From: Vampirovibrionales bacterium
GTDB taxonomy: Bacteria; Cyanobacteriota; Vampirovibrionia; Vampirovibrionales; JAJTHC01
Assembly: GCA_044358835.1 (NCBI GenBank)
Contig: JBIKNF010000010.1
Location: 1,753-65,752, forward strand
Direction: 5' to 3'
DNA length: 64,000 nucleotides
Numbering within the stretch: the first letter of the stretch is position 1; each line of letters begins with the position of its first letter. Below the pieces are notes generated by a model. It did no database searches. It was not told the origin of the DNA and saw only the letters and a program-made list of their open reading frames with translations. Positions 37,221 through 45,614 of the stretch are shown one piece after another. The translations under genes and the position numbers were made by a program.

Positions 37221-38270
37221 TTATTCAATATATTCCCGAAGGCGACGACTTCGGTTGGGGTGACGCAACTTACGCAAGGCCTTGGCTTCAATCTGACGAA
37301 TGCGTTCACGCGTGACGCCAAACAATTGCCCCACTTCTTCAAGCGTGCGTTGACGGCCGTCATCCAGTCCAAAACGCAAACGCAACACATCTCGCTCCCG
37401 CAAGGAAAGTCCTGCCAAGACTTCGGTTAAATCTTCACGCAACAATTCATGAGCCACGCTTTGAGCGGGGGCTTCAGCTTCACGATCTTCAATAAAATCA
37501 CCCAAACGCGAATCTTCTTCTTTACCAATCGGTGTTTCAAGCGACAATGGTTCTTGAGCGACTTTGATAATTTCACGCAACTTGTTAATCGAAATCGTCA
37601 TGCTGGCAGCGAGCTCTTCTTCACTCGGCTTACGACCGAGTTCTTGCGCCAGTTGACGGGTTTTTTTGCGGAGCTTGTTAATCGTTTCCACCATGTGAAC
37701 AGGAATGCGAATCGTACGGGCTTGATCCGCAATGGCGCGGGTAATGGCTTGACGAATCCACCACGTGGCATAGGTTGAAAACTTATAGCCCCGTTCGTGG
37801 TCAAACTTTTCAGCCGCACGAATCAACCCCAAGTTCCCTTCTTGAATTAAATCCAGGAACAACATGCCTCTTCCCACGTATTTTTTCGCAATGGAAACCA
37901 CCAAGCGTAAGTTGGCTTGTACCAATTTCTTTTTGGCTCGTAAGCCACCTTCGCCACCTTCAGCGATTTTACGCGCAAACTCAATTTCTTCGTCCGCCGT
38001 AAGCAGGTTGATTCGCCCAATTTCACGCAGATACATGCGAACAGGGTCGTCTACCACCACGCCTTTGGTGTCTACAGAAAAGTCCACAGTGTCATCATCG
38101 GTATTGGCGAGCATGCTGTTAATCACCACAGGGTTGCCGTGATTAAACAACGAAGCACTTTCATCCTTCATAAAATCATCTAAGCCAACATCATCATGCG
38201 TACTTCGCTCAGAACGATCGATGAGATCAATGAGGGCATCATCACTTTTGGTAGATCGTCGTTTCATCAT
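37221..38270 (-). CDS. Sigma-70 family sigma factor (RpoD/RpoS-like, regions 1.2-4; no region 1.1)
   Basis: [80 protein letters not shown], and a C-terminal [15 protein letters not shown]. 349 aa. Confidence 0.85.
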   Translation of the reverse strand: MMKRRSTKSDDALIDLIDRSERSTHDDVGLDDFMKDESASLFNHGNPVVINSMLANTDDDTVDFSVDTKGVVVDDPVRMYLREIGRINLLTADEEIEFARKIAEGGEGGLRAKKKLVQANLRLVVSIAKKYVGRGMLFLDLIQEGNLGLIRAAEKFDHERGYKFSTYATWWIRQAITRAIADQARTIRIPVHMVETINKLRKKTRQLAQELGRKPSEEELAASMTISINKLREIIKVAQEPLSLETPIGKEEDSRLGDFIEDREAEAPAQSVAHELLREDLTEVLAGLSLRERDVLRLRFGLDDGRQRTLEEVGQLFGVTRERIRQIEAKALRKLRHPNRSRRLREYIE

Positions 38271-38610
38271 AGAAAGCGTACATCCTTTAAATTTAAGGGG
38301 GGTAATTACAGAAATCGGGCATCACTCGTTGCCAATATAGGGGTGGCAAGAATTGGGTAAGTGGACCCATGGACTTGCTATATTTGTTTAAAAGAGCCTC
38401 AATCTCATCTTGTGCTAGTGCGGGGTTTGTCCATGTAAAATTCTTTACAATTCTAGCAATTTATTTTTTTATGTGAGTGGACCTTTTTACAAATCATTTG
38501 GAAATCCATCATAACACAAATTTTTAAAAGGCGAGTACTTTTGTTTAAAGATTTTTTGGATTATAATTTAAATCCGTTCTACTTTCTACAACAGTTCCCC
38601 AAGGAAGCTT

Positions 38611-40560
38611 ATGCCTCAATCCCTTTCTTTCCAAGACGCCGCTGAACAAGTCAAACAACAACTCAATGTGTTAGACACCATTGGTCGTTTTGTTTCGCTT
38701 AAAAAGCGAGGCCGTTCACATTTAGGGCTGTGCCCGTTTCACAATGAACGAACGCCGTCTTTTAACGTTTCTGCTGAAAAAGGCTTTTTTAAATGCTTTG
38801 GCTGTGGTGAAAGTGGCGATGCTATTAGCTTTTTAATGAAAATTGAACATAAAACGTATGGCGAAGTCATTCGTGAACAAGCTGAAGAAATGGGCTTAGA
38901 AATTCGTTACAATAACGCTGTTGAAGATCAAGCCCAATACGCCCAAAAAACAGAAGAACGTGAACGCTTGTGGGATGTGTTGCACAATGCGGGCCAATGG
39001 TTTCACATGCAAATACAAAGCCCCCAACACCAAGCGATTCGTGAGTATTTACTCGGAAGAGGGACTTCTCAGGAAGCCGTTAAACGCTTTCAACTGGGGT
39101 ATGCGCCAGAAACGTGGGAAGCCCTCAATAGTTACTTACAGACGGCGTGCCCTCATGTGGCGAGTGATGCATCCATTTTAGAACGTGCCAGTGTCGCTGG
39201 GGTGCGCGACAACGGCAAGGGCTATTATGACAAGTTTCGCCACCGTTTAATGGTGCCGATTCACGATCTAAAGGGTCACATCGTGGGTTTTGGGGGGCGT
39301 GCGTTGGGAAACGATCAACAGCCCAAGTACCTCAATTCAAGTGAATCGATGATTTATCAAAAAAGCCAGATCTTGTATGGTTTATTTCAAGCCAAAGACG
39401 CCATTCGTAAACGCAAACGGGCGGTTGTGATGGAAGGCTACTTTGATGTGATTGCTTCACACATGGCGGGCTTGCAAGAAGCGGTAGCCACTTGCGGTAC
39501 GGCCTTAACGGAAGCCCACATTCCCTTGTTGATTAAATCCGGAGTCGAAGCACTGTACCTGTGTTTTGACAGCGATTTGGCAGGAAGAAATGCTGCCCTA
39601 AACGCTTTAGAGCGTTTGGATCCGTGGATTCAACGACAAACCCTTAAAATCAGGGTGTTAAGCATTCCTAGTGGCAAAGACCCTGACGATTACTTCAAAA
39701 CCCATACGCTTACTGAGTTTGAAACGCTTATGGCTAACGCCCCAGATGGCTTGAGTTTTCGTTTAGATTGTGTGCTTGAAGGGGTCAATACGCACCATGC
39801 GGAAGGACAACTAGAGGCGAGTCATCGATTGTTGCCTTTACTGTCGAAGGTGAAGCATCCGATTTTAAGGGCTCAATTGCTGGCCAAATATGCGGAACGT
39901 CTGCATTTGCCAGAAGAAACCTTGCGTCAAAGCTTGGCCTTGTTTGAAGGTAAGTCCTCTTCACAATCAAGCTATACCAATTCAGCCAAGTACACCAAAT
40001 CCCATGACAAAAACAAACGTTACACGGCTAAAACCTCTATGCCTCCCGAAGATTTTAACCGTTTACGTCAGCCCCTTCTAAAACAGCAAACGTTACCTAT
40101 GATTGAGCAAAACCTCTTAAGCATGGCGCTTTCGCATGGCGCTATTTTTGAAGGGTTGCAAAAATCTTTGGTGAACTTTTCCTGGCAAAGTCCAACCTTG
40201 AATTGGGTATGGCAACAAGTTCAAGGTCTTCCCTTTAGTGAAGCGCAACCCTATGTACAGCACTTGTGGCTTGAAGCCCAACGTCAAAATAAGTTAGGCC
40301 TTTCTCAAGCGCTCGAAGCGGTTCTTATTGGGCAGGATGCCCTACTTGAACAGTTGAACAATGAAACGTTAAGCTCGCTTCAACTGCTTCAAATGGTTAA
40401 TGAAAGTTTAGTGCAATGGCAAAAACGCAAGCAACAAAGTCAATTATACGTCCGCAATAAGGCGTTTCGAACCAAAGAGCAAGGCGCCGTTCTGGCAGAA
40501 GACCTAGAGGCAGAAGCCATTATGTTACATTATGATGTTTTAGATGCCCATAGCTCCTAA
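38611..40560 (+). CDS. dnaG: DNA primase DnaG
   Basis: Zinc-binding domain CPFHNERTPSF...CFGCGESGDAISF, a TOPRIM core (VVMEGYFDV), and a C-terminal helicase-interaction region. Confidence 0.9.
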   Translation: MPQSLSFQDAAEQVKQQLNVLDTIGRFVSLKKRGRSHLGLCPFHNERTPSFNVSAEKGFFKCFGCGESGDAISFLMKIEHKTYGEVIREQAEEMGLEIRYNNAVEDQAQYAQKTEERERLWDVLHNAGQWFHMQIQSPQHQAIREYLLGRGTSQEAVKRFQLGYAPETWEALNSYLQTACPHVASDASILERASVAGVRDNGKGYYDKFRHRLMVPIHDLKGHIVGFGGRALGNDQQPKYLNSSESMIYQKSQILYGLFQAKDAIRKRKRAVVMEGYFDVIASHMAGLQEAVATCGTALTEAHIPLLIKSGVEALYLCFDSDLAGRNAALNALERLDPWIQRQTLKIRVLSIPSGKDPDDYFKTHTLTEFETLMANAPDGLSFRLDCVLEGVNTHHAEGQLEASHRLLPLLSKVKHPILRAQLLAKYAERLHLPEETLRQSLALFEGKSSSQSSYTNSAKYTKSHDKNKRYTAKTSMPPEDFNRLRQPLLKQQTLPMIEQNLLSMALSHGAIFEGLQKSLVNFSWQSPTLNWVWQQVQGLPFSEAQPYVQHLWLEAQRQNKLGLSQALEAVLIGQDALLEQLNNETLSSLQLLQMVNESLVQWQKRKQQSQLYVRNKAFRTKEQGAVLAEDLEAEAIMLHYDVLDAHSS

Positions 40561-40583
40561 GTGATTTAAACCCTAAAGTGTGT

Positions 40584-41912
40584 CTAAATATAGTCTAAGG
40601 GGCTGGGCTTGTGGAGCGGGGGACGTTCAAAAGGACGCTTTAAACGAGTTCCTTCATCTTGGCTGTGTTGTTCCACATAATGGCGGGGCAGTAAATCCCC
40701 TAAAATACGACGACGGCACCGTTGCAATTGGCGCTGTTTATAACGACTATGAGCAATATCACCCTCTTGATTCGCGATGTAATGGGCTTTGTCGATGAAT
40801 TGAATTTCATAAGGGAAAAAAAGTCGTTGCATGGTGCCCCCTTCATCCCCACGAGCGGGCACCTTGATTAATTGGCGTGTGGTAATGTGTAAGGCTCTGT
40901 AATTGTTGTCACTATGAGGGTTGTGTTTTGAAAAGCTATTGTGAGGAAGTTTTGCATCAAGCTGTTGTAAGGTGCTTAGTAAGTCCATCCAAGACGGTAG
41001 CATCGCATGAGGGTGTGGTTTTTCACTATGAAGCGACGGATAATCTTCTGGATGATGTTGTTGCCATAGGCTTTGGAATTCATCTAAAGCAATGAGTGTA
41101 TTACGAGATCGTTCTGCTTTTACATTGCTAAAGACGAGTAATTGTGATTCCATTAAAATATCCAAGGCCACCAAGACATCCGGAATACTTTCCGTAATAA
41201 TGCGAATGCCAATGAAGTCGTCAATCAATTCAATACTATTTTCTTTTTTGGAAAGAAGTTTGATTAAAAGGCTTTCTCGACTTTTTTGTTCTTTAATTTC
41301 TAAACCGTATAGGGCGAGTTGTTTGTCACTGCCTGTTCGACCAATAATGACTTTTTCACTTTCAAGGTCATAACGCATAATTTCCCCATAACCTTTTAAA
41401 ATCTGTTGACGCGCAGGTTCAATAATCTGCAAGCGAGGGGCATGTTCAATATGCGTTAACGTATGTACGACTTTTAATATGGCACACGCCCATCGGCTTT
41501 GATCGGTGCGAGGCAATGTAGAAGCCAAACAAAGTAAATCTACAATGTTGGGTTGTTTTAAGAAAGTATCTGGCACATGAAGATGCAAGCGGGCAAACGC
41601 TGTTTCGCCTTCTCCCGCTTCAAGCAAACGGTTTTCAATAAAACTGACGGCTTCTTGCACCAAGTGACTAAGACGTTGAACATCTTGAAGATCGCTTAAA
41701 TCATAGCCATACGTCATTAAAAAACGGTGGGCTTCTTCAGCGGTGCGAACTTGAATGGTGTTTTGTTCAATGATGGAAAGCCCTTGCACCAAACCGCTTA
41801 ATAATTGCCACGGCAGGGGGCGCGCCACATGAGGGGGTTGAGGATCAAAAACAATTTGTAAGTAAGGGAAGTCCTGCTGTGTTTGTGGGCTTTGGGGCGT
41901 GTTGATGTCCAT
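40584..41912 (-). CDS. RelA/SpoT-homologue (RSH) synthetase-domain protein: a small-alarmone-synthetase-like C-terminus with an N-terminal ~230 aa of unknown function and no HD hydrolase domain
   Basis: The C-terminal half carries all four synthetase motifs: IGRTGSDKQ...KEQKSRESLLIKLLSK (Syn1), ELIDDFIGIRIIT (DxxGxR), NYRALHITT (YxSxH) and YEIQFIDKAHYIANQEGDIAHSRYK (ExQ/HxxYK). Start chosen at Met-34 of the track ORF (ATG at 41912, aggaaa ribosome-binding site), because residues 1-33 overlap the upstream terminator and promoter. Confidence 0.6.
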   Translation of the reverse strand: MDINTPQSPQTQQDFPYLQIVFDPQPPHVARPLPWQLLSGLVQGLSIIEQNTIQVRTAEEAHRFLMTYGYDLSDLQDVQRLSHLVQEAVSFIENRLLEAGEGETAFARLHLHVPDTFLKQPNIVDLLCLASTLPRTDQSRWACAILKVVHTLTHIEHAPRLQIIEPARQQILKGYGEIMRYDLESEKVIIGRTGSDKQLALYGLEIKEQKSRESLLIKLLSKKENSIELIDDFIGIRIITESIPDVLVALDILMESQLLVFSNVKAERSRNTLIALDEFQSLWQQHHPEDYPSLHSEKPHPHAMLPSWMDLLSTLQQLDAKLPHNSFSKHNPHSDNNYRALHITTRQLIKVPARGDEGGTMQRLFFPYEIQFIDKAHYIANQEGDIAHSRYKQRQLQRCRRRILGDLLPRHYVEQHSQDEGTRLKRPFERPPLHKPSPLDYI

Positions 41913-41954
41913 TAAAGTGGTTTCCTGCTTATTAAAGAAAAGCCTTTCTTTAGT

Positions 41955-41963
41955 ATTATAACA
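41955..41963 (-). promoter_or_regulatory. Extended -10 promoter (TGTTATAAT) for the RSH-like gene
   Basis: Read on the minus strand about 42 nt upstream of the ATG at 41912. It lies immediately downstream of the cheY terminator. Confidence 0.4.
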
Positions 41964-41975
41964 CTTTTTCATCTT

Positions 41976-42019
41976 AAAAACACTATAAAAGCAGGAGGGT
42001 ACTTGAATCACCCTCCTGC
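41976..42019 (-). terminator. Rho-independent terminator after the che operon
   Basis: Minus strand: perfect 10-bp stem gcaggagggt / accctcctgc with a 9-nt loop, followed by ttttatagtgttttt. Confidence 0.7.
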
Positions 42020-42046
42020 TTCAATTCTTAAAAATGCACAGGGAAA

Positions 42047-42415
42047 CTAGGCCTTTACCGCACGCAGTTGTTCGATTTTTTGGGAAAAATCTTCAGAACT
42101 AAAGGGTTTGACTAAATAGTTGTTCGCACCTGCTTGAATGGCAATGACGACATTATTGCGTTCGCCTTCTGTGGTTACCATCATAATCGGGGTGGTGATT
42201 TGAGCTTCTCGCAATTTACGGACGACATCAATGCCCAATAAACCTGGCATATTCCAATCCATTAGAATCAAATCAAATTTTTCTTTTGAAGCTGCTTCTA
42301 ACCCTTCAAGGCCGTCGGTGGCTTCGGTTACGTCTTCAATTCCACATTGTTTTAATTCACGAATAATTACTTTACGCATGACAGCGGAATCATCTACAAC
42401 TAAAACGTTTATCAT
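42047..42415 (-). CDS. cheY: Chemotaxis response regulator CheY (single REC domain)
   Basis: VLVVDDS...DLILMDWNMPG...KP: the acidic pocket, phospho-acceptor Asp and conserved Lys of receiver domains. 122 aa. Confidence 0.8.
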   Translation of the reverse strand: MINVLVVDDSAVMRKVIIRELKQCGIEDVTEATDGLEGLEAASKEKFDLILMDWNMPGLLGIDVVRKLREAQITTPIMMVTTEGERNNVVIAIQAGANNYLVKPFSSEDFSQKIEQLRAVKA

Positions 42416-42482
42416 TATTAGAACCTTTACCTAAACATTGAGGGATGCTAAATTACCGAAAACCAAACAAGAATTCCTTTAT

Positions 42483-42983
42483 TTAATAGGTTTGGAAGTT
42501 TACTTGAAGATGAAAAAGTTCACCTTCAATATCAAAAGACAAGAGCAAGTAAGATGTTTCAGGGTTTCCTGTTTCAAGTTCATTGCCTTCCCCTAAAACC
42601 ACGCTTGGCAAAGAAAGGCTATATAAGGTGTTGTCTTCTTGAGACAAGGCCACTTTCGTACGGCCTGAAATCATGTTAATGAGTTCGCCCATACCATCAA
42701 TCATATCTTCACGTTGAACGTCTTCTATGGGAATGCCGAGCAAACGACTTACCATAAGTTTAGTCAACATTTCACTAAAGGAAAGGGCGAAGAGGCCTTC
42801 TCCATGGTCGCCTGAAATACCTATGACGCTGGAAATATCGCCTTTAAACTTGAATGTTTTAACAGGCTTGACGTCTTGTAAGGTTACGGAAGTTCCTGCC
42901 ATAATGCCTAAAACATCAGTGACAGAATCCATGAGGTTATGTACCAGTTTGGCATCTAACGCATTACGAAATTGGGTGTGCAT
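42483..42983 (-). CDS. cheX: CheC/CheX-family CheY-P phosphatase
   Basis: 166 aa. The ELINMISGR segment matches the CheC/CheX/FliY active-site consensus (E-x2-N). Positioned between two cheY genes. Confidence 0.6.
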   Translation of the reverse strand: MHTQFRNALDAKLVHNLMDSVTDVLGIMAGTSVTLQDVKPVKTFKFKGDISSVIGISGDHGEGLFALSFSEMLTKLMVSRLLGIPIEDVQREDMIDGMGELINMISGRTKVALSQEDNTLYSLSLPSVVLGEGNELETGNPETSYLLLSFDIEGELFHLQVNFQTY

Positions 42984-43095
42984 AAGGTAAACTCACTTTA
43001 TTACTGGGGGTTGGTTGTGCGTTGTACTTGTACATTCGTCAAAGACAAGGAAAGACTAAAGGGATTGTTAGAGTTTGTTACATTTTAAAAGAACA

Positions 43096-43485
43096 CTAAC
43101 TAAAGTCCAGCATTTCTTGCGGGAGGCATTCCATCATTTTGGTAAGTAGTTCATCTTCTGTAAAGGGTTTAGTCAAGTATTGAGCCGCCCCTGCTTTGAT
43201 GGCTCCGATCATTTTTTCACGTTCGCCTTCTGTGGTTACAATCATGACGGGGATATTAGATAAAGCGGGATCTGCTTTGATGGACTTTAGCGTTTCTATG
43301 CCGTCCAAATTCGGCATATTACAATCGAGCAAAACGAGTTCTACATCCGTACAATGGGCCTTGAGTTGTTCCAAGCCTTGAAGACCATCTTCAGCTTCAA
43401 GCATTTCATAGCCGAGTGCTTGGATAGGACCTCTCATAATTTTACGAATGAGACGAGAATCATCAACAGATAAGATGTAAGGCAT
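43096..43485 (-). CDS. cheY: Chemotaxis response regulator CheY (second copy)
   Basis: ILSVDDS...ELVLLDCNMP...TKP receiver domain. 129 aa. Confidence 0.8.
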   Translation of the reverse strand: MPYILSVDDSRLIRKIMRGPIQALGYEMLEAEDGLQGLEQLKAHCTDVELVLLDCNMPNLDGIETLKSIKADPALSNIPVMIVTTEGEREKMIGAIKAGAAQYLTKPFTEDELLTKMMECLPQEMLDFS

Positions 43486-43518
43486 AATTGAAAAATCCTT
43501 CTGATTATTAAAAAGGGT

Positions 43519-44388
43519 CTAACCTCTTATTCTAAAAACGGTCGTTTTACCGATGCTTTGAGGAATAAAAGGGGTTTGTAAACCGGTGAGGTTTTCTGTG
43601 GCTCCTAAAACAAGGTATCCATTAGGCTTAAGCATTTTTGCGAGCCTATTAAAGAGGACTTGTCTAAATTCGGGACTAAAATAAATGGCCACGTTTCTCA
43701 GGCAAATAAGATCAAAGTTTCGGCCTACGCTATTGGTTAAGTCTTCACCTAAATTAGCGATCTTAAACTCGCATAAGGCTTTGACTTCATCTCGAACGAC
43801 GTGAACTCTGCCTTGTGATTCAAAGAACTTGTTCTTACGTTCAGGACTAATGCCACGACCCATGGCCAAAATGTCATAACGCGCAAGCTTAGAAAGTGCA
43901 ATTGAAGAAGAAGCAACGTCCGTCCCTAAAATATGGACCCGCTGCTTTGGAATGATTTCAAGGTGAGGATGGGCTTCTGCATATTCATGCACCAGCATGG
44001 CTAAGGAATAAGGTTCTTGCCCTGTAGAACAGGCAGCGCTCCAAAGTTTAATAGAACCGATAGGATTCTGCTTAAGTAAATCAGGCAGGATAGTGGAGGC
44101 GATGGTTTCATAGGGGTGTACATCCCTAAACCACAAGGTTTCTTTTGTGGTCATCGCGTCAATTACAAGGGGTTTAAGTTTAACTTGAGCAGACGTTTTC
44201 ATTAACTGAATAAAATCACTATAACTGGCACAATTGTATTCAATTAAAGTTTTCAATAAACGGGTTTCTAAAAGGTATTGCTTACTCGCGTCAAGCTGAA
44301 TACCACATAGGTCTTCAACCAATTGGCACAACTGAACCAATTCATTTGCTGTCATGGGGTGAATATCGGCGTTAATGACGGAACACAT
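43519..44388 (-). CDS. cheR: Chemotaxis protein methyltransferase CheR
   Basis: N-terminal all-helical domain plus SAM-methyltransferase WSAACSTGQEPYSLAML. Start moved to the ATG at 44388 (aagga ribosome-binding site), which removes the 59-nt overlap with cheB present in the track ORF. Confidence 0.8.
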   Translation of the reverse strand: MCSVINADIHPMTANELVQLCQLVEDLCGIQLDASKQYLLETRLLKTLIEYNCASYSDFIQLMKTSAQVKLKPLVIDAMTTKETLWFRDVHPYETIASTILPDLLKQNPIGSIKLWSAACSTGQEPYSLAMLVHEYAEAHPHLEIIPKQRVHILGTDVASSSIALSKLARYDILAMGRGISPERKNKFFESQGRVHVVRDEVKALCEFKIANLGEDLTNSVGRNFDLICLRNVAIYFSPEFRQVLFNRLAKMLKPNGYLVLGATENLTGLQTPFIPQSIGKTTVFRIRG

Positions 44389-44401
44389 AGGGGGAATCCT
44401 T

Positions 44402-45058
44402 TTACTGACTCGCAAGTTCACTAATACGGTGGGCAAGTCCTTCAAGTGAAAGAGCTTCATCGCTTAGGTGGGCTTCTACGACCGCTTTGGGCATACCATA
44501 CACCACACAGGAAGAGGCTTCTTGCGTTAAACAATAGGTGGGGATACGTTGCTTTAAGTGGCTAACACCGTCGCAACCGTCTCTGCCCATGCCTGTCATC
44601 ACAACAGCAAGAACACCGTTTTTATAAGTTTGACTCGCGGATTGAAAAAGTACATCCACCGAAGGGCGACAAGAACGCACTGGGGCATCATCACTCAGAA
44701 CGATATGGACCCCCGTCTTTGGCTGACGTTCAAACTTTGTGTGTACGCCTCCAGGTGCTAAATAGACGGTGCCTACTTGAAGTTTTTCACCGTCTTCCGC
44801 TTCTTTTACTTTAAGGCGACTTACTTCATTAAGGCGTTCTGCAAGCCACGCCGTAAAATGAGTCGGCATATGTTGCACAATCACAATAGGGGACTTGATA
44901 TTAGGTGAAAGTTTTTCAAGCAACACTGTCAAGGCAACAGGCCCTCCTGTTGAAATGCCAATCACCACGACTTCAAAACGAGAGGGTACGGCTTGCTGAC
45001 CCCTGCTGCGAAGTGAGGTTCGTACATGGGTAGATGATGAAGGAAATGTAGTCAACAC
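44402..45058 (-). CDS. cheB: Protein-glutamate methylesterase CheB, catalytic domain only (no receiver domain)
   Basis: GISTGGP (nucleophile Ser), IVQHMP (His), and a downstream Asp. 218 aa. Confidence 0.75.
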   Translation of the reverse strand: MLTTFPSSSTHVRTSLRSRGQQAVPSRFEVVVIGISTGGPVALTVLLEKLSPNIKSPIVIVQHMPTHFTAWLAERLNEVSRLKVKEAEDGEKLQVGTVYLAPGGVHTKFERQPKTGVHIVLSDDAPVRSCRPSVDVLFQSASQTYKNGVLAVVMTGMGRDGCDGVSHLKQRIPTYCLTQEASSCVVYGMPKAVVEAHLSDEALSLEGLAHRISELASQ

Positions 45059-45092
45059 TTGAACCTCTTTTTACAGAATCGGTTACGTTGTA

Positions 45093-45569
45093 CTAAACAG
45101 TCGTCAAGGAAGCGCTGAGGGCTTCTTTTAATATGTTCGACATGTTCAGGATCGTCACAATCCCTTCAGGTCTTTTTAATACCGCCTCAATCCAACGGGC
45201 GTCTAATTCATTGAGATTGGCAGGGGGGGCATCCAGTTCGGATTCAACATAAGGTAATACATCTCCAATCGCATCGACGCTAAAGCCAATGCGATCCGCT
45301 GGGGAAAGCCCTTCTTGGGCGTAGGCTTCATTCCGTAAAAGAATGTTATATTTGCCGTGTTGTAGTTTTAAAGAAGTTTGCTTGAAAATTTTGGTTAAAT
45401 CCACCAGCGTTACAATTTGACCACGTAAATTGATTAAGCCTTGAACATAGGGCATGGCCAAAGGCACAGGGGTATGTTCCATTTGTGGAATAATTTCACG
45501 TACATCCAGCAGTGGGATTCCACAGATGACTTCACCAAATTTAAACGTAATAAGTTTTTGTTCTAACAT
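45093..45569 (-). CDS. cheW: Chemotaxis coupling protein CheW
   Basis: 158-aa single CheW-like domain (KLITFKFGEVICGIPL...GLINLRGQIVTLVDL). Confidence 0.8.
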   Translation of the reverse strand: MLEQKLITFKFGEVICGIPLLDVREIIPQMEHTPVPLAMPYVQGLINLRGQIVTLVDLTKIFKQTSLKLQHGKYNILLRNEAYAQEGLSPADRIGFSVDAIGDVLPYVESELDAPPANLNELDARWIEAVLKRPEGIVTILNMSNILKEALSASLTTV

Positions 45570-45614
45570 AAAAGAAAAGTTCCTGTTTATTTATAAGAAT
45601 AGGCTAAATAACGA

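Noticed and set aside
44402-44460. 59-nt overlap between cheR and cheB as given by the ORF track
   Set aside because: An internal ATG at 44388, preceded by aagga, gives a CheR N-terminus of normal length and removes the overlap. Start re-assigned rather than proposing a frameshift or fusion.
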